From the NCBI GenBank assembly GCA_963699255.1, contig OY969425.1:6070-70069 (forward strand): 64,000 bases of DNA, written 5' to 3'. Within the stretch, counting starts at the first letter, position 1, and each line of letters opens with the position of its first letter. A program made the position numbers and the translations under genes. The notes under the pieces are model-generated. The model had not been told where the DNA came from, made no database searches, and was given only the letters and a program-made list of their open reading frames with translations. Positions 58,802 to 64,000 of the stretch are shown in pieces. Origin of the DNA: an uncultured bacterium (GTDB taxonomy: Bacteria > Margulisbacteria > WOR-1 > CAVSGV01).

Positions 58802-60343
58802 ATGGATGTAACAGATGAAGTGTCTTTTTGGTCCAGATTAGGATTTAAGGCGAACCCTTTCCAATATACAAATGCTGACCAGGAAGATGAATTGCATAAA
58901 TATTTTGTGCCGCCTCAATATTTTCCGTCTGTATGGGGTGACCCTCAAAAACCCCAGTCTTGTGTGGTGTTTGCACCACGTGGTGGAGGCAAATCTGCAC
59001 AAAGAAGAATGATCGAAAATCAAAGTATTGGGAGTAAAGTCCTTGCACTTCAGTACACAAGGTTTGAATTTAGACCGGGTATGCGCATATCGGACATAGA
59101 TATTGAATATCATCTCAAAAACATTATTCGAATATGTTTAATCGGATTTCTTATGCAAACATATGAGAATAAAATTGGGCATATGGTTTTCAATGCAACT
59201 GAAAAGAGGCAAGTTAAGGATCTATGTAATTTTTATTTACATGATATGAATACTGAAGCGGTTTCCGCAGCTGTAAATGCGATAATGAGTCCAGCCGAAA
59301 AAGCAAAAAAATTGTTTTATGAGAACTCATGGGTTATCGGACCAATTATTCAGATTTTAGCAAAAACGTATATAGGGATAGACTTATTCCCTTTAACACT
59401 TCAAGCTGATGATACATCAATAAGAAATGTATCAAAGACGCACTTAGAGAACATATTATTACTAATTAAAAAGCTTGGTTATGATTCAGTATATGTATTA
59501 ATTGATAAAGTCGATGAAACAAGCTTAACAAGTAATAATGCACAAGCTTCCTTTGATTTGATTGCTCCAATGCTTAAGGATTTAGAATTACTACAAATGG
59601 GTAATATTGCCTTCAAATTCTTTTTGTGGGATGAAATCACTCCTTCATTTATTAAATATGCACGGCCTGACAGAATTACGGCATTTAATATGACATGGTT
59701 AGAAGCAGACTTAAAAAATATGATGACTCGGAGGCTGTGTGCTTATAGCAATAATGGTAAGCGCAATTTCGGAAATCTATTTGATGCTAAGATAGCCCCC
59801 ATAGATGTCCTTGAAGAATTGCTTTCTATTTTCTCCCAGAATTCCCCAAGAGATATGATTCGGATATGCAGGCAAATGGCTGCTGAACAATTAAAAATTA
59901 ACCCATCAGATAGCCATATAGGCATGACTGCTGCTACTGAAGGGATAAACAGATTTTGTCTTGACCGCGCGCGCGAAGTTGTTTCCACGAAGATTCTTGA
60001 AGAGCTTCAGAAAACTCACCGATTAGATTTCACTGTAAATTATGTTGCAAATGATATTTTTAAAATAGACCAAAATGCTGCAAGGGCAAAAATTACCTCA
60101 AGTTGGGTGGTAACTGGTATTATAAGGCGCATTGATGATACCCATATTAAGGGAGTAAAAAAACCAGCGCATCATTTTGCGGTTATGGATTCTAGGATTG
60201 CCAGATCAATATTCCCTGAACTAAACTTTCTGGATTTCTTAGAGAATAAAGTTCGTGAATGTAAATGCGGGGAATTTGTTCTTAGAGATTGGGATATTTC
60301 AAGCAATCAGATATGTCAAAAGTGCAAAACGCAAATGAAATAA
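58802..60343 (+). CDS. P-loop NTPase with a C-terminal zinc ribbon (513 aa), carried on a low-GC islet
   Basis: Walker A FAPRGGGKSAQRR. A candidate Walker B lies in VYVLIDKVDETS. The C-terminal motif is CKCGEFV…CQKCKTQ. The gene and its flanks (58563-60433) are visibly more AT-rich than the neighbours, with different codon usage. Confidence 0.7.
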   Translation: MDVTDEVSFWSRLGFKANPFQYTNADQEDELHKYFVPPQYFPSVWGDPQKPQSCVVFAPRGGGKSAQRRMIENQSIGSKVLALQYTRFEFRPGMRISDIDIEYHLKNIIRICLIGFLMQTYENKIGHMVFNATEKRQVKDLCNFYLHDMNTEAVSAAVNAIMSPAEKAKKLFYENSWVIGPIIQILAKTYIGIDLFPLTLQADDTSIRNVSKTHLENILLLIKKLGYDSVYVLIDKVDETSLTSNNAQASFDLIAPMLKDLELLQMGNIAFKFFLWDEITPSFIKYARPDRITAFNMTWLEADLKNMMTRRLCAYSNNGKRNFGNLFDAKIAPIDVLEELLSIFSQNSPRDMIRICRQMAAEQLKINPSDSHIGMTAATEGINRFCLDRAREVVSTKILEELQKTHRLDFTVNYVANDIFKIDQNAARAKITSSWVVTGIIRRIDDTHIKGVKKPAHHFAVMDSRIARSIFPELNFLDFLENKVRECKCGEFVLRDWDISSNQICQKCKTQMK

Positions 60344-60350
60344 TGGACAG

Positions 60351-60383
60351 GTGATTATCTATGCTAATCACTCTTCTTCTTCA
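60351..60383. terminator. hairpin between convergent genes
   Basis: GTGATTAtctatgcTAATCAC is a 7-bp stem followed by tcttcttcttc. It sits 8 nt after the 58802..60343 stop and upstream of the - strand MTase 3' end. Confidence 0.45.
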
Positions 60384-60433
60384 GGAGTGCTAGGGAGGCA
60401 GGCTAAGAATCCTTAAATATGCTCTCTAACTTG

Positions 60434-60994
60434 CTATTTCTTGATATTTATTGCCACTGACCGGCTGAACCAGATCTTAGGTTCTTCAAGAACATTAAAC
60501 CCAAGGCTTTTTATCGTTTCTATCGACTTGCTAAAGTCTTTCTTTGAAACATGGAACTTCGGCTCAACTATTAGGACTTTCCCGTCCGGCTTCAATAACG
60601 TCTTTATTTCCTTCAACAACGCCAGCTGGTCGGGGATCTCGTGAAGGACATAAAATATCAAAATAAAGTCGAACTTTTCCGTTAAGCCTAACTTGTCCTT
60701 CGGGGTTATATATAGCTCTATGTTCTTAAGGCCCGAACGCTCGATCTTTTTCTTCAGTATCTCCAGCATCCCATCCTGCAGATCAGCCGCAACCACCTTG
60801 CCGGAAGCTCCCACCATCTTCGCCATATCCATGGTGAAAAATCCCGGGCCGCAGCCAAGATCAAGCACCGTCATCCCTTCATTAATATATGGCTTTAATA
60901 TCCGCTTCGGATCATGGGCCCGCCTGCGTATCCCCATATCCAATATGCCCGAGAGTATTACCGGGCAGATTTTGTAGTTTATATCTAATTTCAT
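60434..60994 (-). CDS. class I SAM-dependent methyltransferase (UbiE/SmtA-like)
   Basis: Motif I VLDLGCGPGFFTMDMA, followed by the acidic motif VVAADL. Confidence 0.75.
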   Translation of the reverse strand: MKLDINYKICPVILSGILDMGIRRRAHDPKRILKPYINEGMTVLDLGCGPGFFTMDMAKMVGASGKVVAADLQDGMLEILKKKIERSGLKNIELYITPKDKLGLTEKFDFILIFYVLHEIPDQLALLKEIKTLLKPDGKVLIVEPKFHVSKKDFSKSIETIKSLGFNVLEEPKIWFSRSVAINIKK

Positions 60995-61181
60995 TTTTCC
61001 TTCCCGCTTTCTTTATTATATTTATCGTTCATCAGCTTGTCTATATTTCATTTGTTGAACTATTTTTCAGGTGAGAGTTAACATGGTGGAAGCTAATTTG
61101 GGCTTATCGGCAAGATCAAAACGCGTTTCTGCGCTTTAGATATACTATGGCATAGTAATAAGCCAATCAGAAACGCTTGAC

Positions 61182-61505
61182 CTTCTTTCTTTGTTACTTT
61201 CTTTGTGTCAAGACAAAGAAAGTAAGAAAGAAATGCCTTTGTGTTGTTTAGACAAAAAATGATCTTAAATGATCGAGACGAGGGGCTCTGCCCTTACGTA
61301 GAAAGTATAGTGGTTCCATTAAGATATCTCTCTCATCCCGCCCATTTTCTTTCTGCTCCTTCCTTGACTTGCCTACTCCCCCGACACAAGGTCGAGGTCG
61401 TACGGCTCAAACAGAAGGCCTAACAATGAAACCCCCTCTGTATCTCCCCCTTACTAAGGGGGAGAAGTCTTGCGCGCAAGCGTGAGACAGAGGGGGTGCA
61501 GACTT
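61182..61505. repeat. hairpin-rich ~300-bp intergenic element, copy 1, including a 22/24-bp inverted repeat at 61184-61232
   Basis: cttctttctttgttactttctttgtgtc-aa-gacaaagaaagtaagaaagaaa is a near-perfect palindrome. The core …gggctctgcccttacgtagaaagtatagtggttccattaagatatctctctcatcccgcccattttctttctgc…ggtcgaggtcgtacggctcaaacagaaggcctaacaatgaaaccccctctgtatctcccccttactaagggggagaag… is shared with 63469-63830. Confidence 0.6.
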
Positions 61506-61598
61506 ATTAAGAGGTTGACAATGGGATTTTTGGCTATTAGTATGACTGCATCGGTCTCGCAAGAGGGGTTAACCCGTTATTCTTTAAGCCATAAATAC

Positions 61599-61630
61599 TG
61601 AAATTTATCGCGTAATTTAATGATATATAT
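61599..61630 (+). promoter_or_regulatory. recurrent promoter-like motif
   Basis: ctgaaatttatcgcgtaatttaatgatatatat, 24 nt upstream of the 61655 start. RBS is agaggag. Confidence 0.4.
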
Positions 61631-61654
61631 GATGAGAAGAGGAGAATTGATCCG

Positions 61655-61843
61655 ATGGACAACACATTGGTAAAAGATGAAAAATACGGCGGCCGGTTCG
61701 TGGCTCTGAAGAGCTTTGACGACAAAACAATACTTGTTGACGGGAAAGATCCGAAAGAAACCCTTGAAAAAGCAGCTCAAAAAGGGTTTAAAAATCCTGT
61801 AATATTCTATGTGCCGATAAAAGATATGGTTCAGATCTACTGA
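61655..61843 (+). CDS. small hypothetical protein (62 aa), DUF5678-like
   Basis: Good RBS and the promoter motif upstream. It is of the small protein type often paired with retropepsin-like proteases in uncultivated bacteria and archaea; I state this family assignment from memory only. Confidence 0.5.
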   Translation: MDNTLVKDEKYGGRFVALKSFDDKTILVDGKDPKETLEKAAQKGFKNPVIFYVPIKDMVQIY

Positions 61844-61907
61844 CAGATGGGACTTCAGAACAAACCTTTTATTCAGATCGGCTCGGGAAATACTCCAAAA
61901 CCCTAGC

Positions 61908-62251
61908 TTCCTATCGTTATAATAAATCCTCATACCAAGAAAAGCGTTTCCACTTATGGACTTGTTGACACGGGTGCGGATGAATGCGCCTTGCCCGCTA
62001 GTTTTGCCGAAATACTTGGCCATAACCTGCAACAAGGAAGCCCCAAGGAAATATCCACGGGGAATGGCATTACGATCGCATATTCGCATACTGTTTCAAT
62101 TGAAACGGATGGCTTTCATACGGAGGATGTGTTGATCGATTTTATGCCCAATTTAAGCATTCCATTGTTGGGCGTGAGAAGCTTTTTGAGTAAATTTATT
62201 CTAACGATTAACTATAAAGAGCGAACTTTTTCTCTGCAGCCAAACAACTGA
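61908..62251 (+). CDS. retropepsin-like aspartic protease (clan AA), start codon unclear
   Basis: …STYGLVDTGADECALPASFAEILG… has the D-T/S-G-A catalytic motif. The frame is open from 61908 but holds no ATG before the TTG at 61991. The 3' end overlaps pabB convergently by 44 nt. Confidence 0.55.
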
Positions 62252-63329
62252 TAAACTCCGCTTTCAGCCGGGTTTCGGCCCATTCGCCCTCCGCAGTGGA
62301 ATCCCAGATTATCCCGCCGCCTATTCCCATCTCGCAACTTTTACCTCGTACAAGTATAGTCCTGATGGGAACATTGAAATACATCCCGCCATCGGGAGAT
62401 ATGTACCCGATCGCCCCCGTGTAAACATTCCTTTCTTCCTTTTCGATCTCCCTGATGATCTCCATCGCGCGTATCTTCGGCGCGCCGGTGACCGACCCGG
62501 AAGGGAAAAGCGCGGACATCAGTCTTGAGAGCTTGATATCAGGCGGGACTTTAGCGGTGACCGTGGATGTCATCTGGAACAGAGTTTTATATGCCGTTAC
62601 CTTGAACAGGTCCCGCCACGCGATATTTCTGCCTATCCTTCCCAGGTCATTCCGCAAAAGATCCGCTATCATTATGTTCTCAGCCCTGTTCTTTCCATCA
62701 TGGAAGAACCTGCGCTTCTCGATAACATCGGATATCGCATTTTTCCCCCTGCGCCACGTGCCTTTCATCGGCTCAGTTAGAATATGCCCGCAGTTTTTCT
62801 TTATAAAACGCTCCGGGGAAAGCGACAGGACCTGGAATCCTCCCGCGTCGATGTAAGCGGGATAGGGGACAGGCTGGCGGCGTAAAAGCTCTTTGTACAG
62901 CGCGTACGGGTCGCCCTGAAGATCGAATTTATATTTTACGCAGTATGTTATCTGATAAACATCGCCGTTCGATATGTGCCGGCGGATGAGTCCGATATTG
63001 CGGGAGTAATCTTCAAATGAAATATCCGGCCTTAGATCTTTGATGCCGAAGGTCCCGGGTTTCCTCGATGTTGACTCCTGGCCACAAGCATTTTTATAAA
63101 CGCCGAAAATAAGAAGTGGGAGATCAGAAGGGATCGCTGTGTATAATTTTTCTTCAAGGCAATAGCCGGCTTCGTATGAAATGTATCCCGCCAGCCAGTA
63201 TCCGGCGGCGGAAAGATCCTCCAGCTCCTTCAGCGCGGAATGAAAATGCTGCGGATCATAACAGGCCACGATCTTTTCCGGATCGCGGAAAAAAAGCGGT
63301 TTGTTCTCAAAACTGGCCTGGACTTCCAT
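62208..63329 (-). CDS. pabB: aminodeoxychorismate synthase component I (chorismate-binding enzyme, PabB/TrpE family)
   Basis: C-terminal chorismate-binding domain has GSVTGAPKIRAMEIIREIE, RNVYTGAIGYISPDG and GIGGGIIWDSTAEGEWAETRLKA. It is short (373 aa) and lies near folC. Confidence 0.75.
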   Translation of the reverse strand: MEVQASFENKPLFFRDPEKIVACYDPQHFHSALKELEDLSAAGYWLAGYISYEAGYCLEEKLYTAIPSDLPLLIFGVYKNACGQESTSRKPGTFGIKDLRPDISFEDYSRNIGLIRRHISNGDVYQITYCVKYKFDLQGDPYALYKELLRRQPVPYPAYIDAGGFQVLSLSPERFIKKNCGHILTEPMKGTWRRGKNAISDVIEKRRFFHDGKNRAENIMIADLLRNDLGRIGRNIAWRDLFKVTAYKTLFQMTSTVTAKVPPDIKLSRLMSALFPSGSVTGAPKIRAMEIIREIEKEERNVYTGAIGYISPDGGMYFNVPIRTILVRGKSCEMGIGGGIIWDSTAEGEWAETRLKAEFISCLAAEKKFALYS

Positions 63330-63468
63330 GGACTTACTCCTTTAAGCCTGGGTGTCCCGGTTAAAGAGGAGTGAAGTTCATGGCCCGGACATGATTATAT
63401 CACTTATAATTCCGGATGTAATTTCTTACCTTGTGAGCAACTGCTCGAAGCCGCGAGCCTGAAGGAAT

Positions 63469-63830
63469 GTAAAAGAAAGTGGAAAGGAAATACCTTTTAT
63501 GTAAAACAATGCAAAATGAAAACTAAAGTTATCGTGACGATGGGCTCTGCCCTTGCGTGGAAAGTATAGTGGTTCCATTAAGATATCTCTCTCATCCCGC
63601 CCATTTTCTTTCTGCAGCGAAAGAAAATGGGGGAAAAGAACGCCGACAGGGGACAAGCCCCCTGTACCCCCACGGCCTTGACTCGCCTTCTCGTCCTCAC
63701 CAAGCTCGGCCTCGTACGGCTCAGACAGAAGGCCTAATAATGAAACCCCCTCTGTATCTCCCCCTTACAAAGGGGGAGAAGTTTCGAACGCAAGCAAAAG
63801 AAAGTAAGAAGGAAAGGTATTATGTTTTTT
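63469..63830. repeat. hairpin-rich intergenic element, copy 2, with a ~50-nt insertion relative to copy 1 that creates a 13-bp perfect hairpin
   Basis: CCCATTTTCTTTCtgcagcGAAAGAAAATGGG and ACAGGGGacaagcCCCCTGT hairpins. It is flanked by aaagaaagtggaaaggaaa on the left and aaagaaagtaagaaggaaagg on the right. Confidence 0.6.
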
Positions 63831-63842
63831 TGAGTTAGAAAC

Positions 63843-63877
63843 ATGGAGCGAACTTTTTCTCTACAGCCAAGCAACAC
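63843..63877 (+). other. remnant of the 3' end of a second retropepsin-like protease gene
   Basis: atggagcgaactttttctctacagccaagcaacactag (MERTFSLQPSN…) aligns with agagcgaactttttctctgcagccaaacaactgataa (KERTFSLQPNN*) at 62214-62251. Confidence 0.4.
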
Positions 63878-64000
63878 TAGCCCAATTCTAAGATTATGAA
63901 GGCTAGGTGGCCATGATGATTACGAGCATATATAATTAATGATATGCTCCTCTAGGGTCCTTCCGATTTGATATGCGTCATTTCTTTCGATCACTTTTTT

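Noticed and set aside
61381-61500. Group II intron domain V-like string (cgtacggctc) inside the repeated element
   Set aside because: The reverse complement begins GAGCCGTACG, but the flanks cannot form the 34-nt DV hairpin with the AGC triad and GAAA loop.
1-64000. CRISPR arrays, rRNA and tRNA genes
   Set aside because: No short regularly spaced direct repeats and no rRNA- or tRNA-like conserved strings were found on either strand.

Overview
The window is a 64-kb chromosomal segment with about 48% GC. It most likely comes from an uncultivated bacterium assembled as a MAG. Housekeeping genes frame both ends. A roughly 45-kb accessory block of very large, mostly uncharacterised + strand genes sits between them.

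- **Flanks.** The left flank carries leuB-leuD-leuC on the - strand. The right flank carries a csoR-like repressor, thiC, thiL, an M20 peptidase, a NUDIX hydrolase, a XerC/D recombinase, an M50 protease, folC, a methyltransferase and pabB.
- **Nucleotide cassette (8.0-15.2 kb).** The block contains a remodelled adenylosuccinate-synthetase (PurA) family enzyme, a fusion protein with nucleoside-diphosphate-kinase-like, guanylate-kinase-like and HD-hydrolase domains, and two methyltransferase-like genes. This is my top candidate for a previously undescribed system, either for synthesis of a non-canonical purine nucleotide or for a nucleotide-based defence.
- **Other large genes in the block.** Two tandem 900-aa paralogs have gene-converted 3' ends. 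There is a GH26-like/TPR protein, a 1459-aa repeat protein, and a roughly 3000-aa fibronectin-III giant protein. Also present are an IPT/TIG protein and a PQQ-propeller protein with T9SS-like C-terminal sorting domains, and a PorV-like barrel fused to SLH domains.
- **Promoter motif.** An unusually regular motif, (G/C)TGAAAT followed by 15-18 nt and then CGATA(T/A)AT, recurs upstream of at least 11 genes.
- **Likely frameshifts.** At least four homopolymer-associated frameshifts split three large genes, which suggests indel errors or pseudogenes.
- **Repeats and an acquired islet.** A tandem 107-bp hairpin repeat duplicates the 3' end of the recombinase gene. A low-GC islet carries a P-loop NTPase with a zinc ribbon. 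A roughly 300-bp hairpin-rich element occurs twice around pabB, next to a DUF5678-like/retropepsin-like gene pair whose 3' end is partially duplicated.

No rRNA, tRNA or CRISPR arrays were found.
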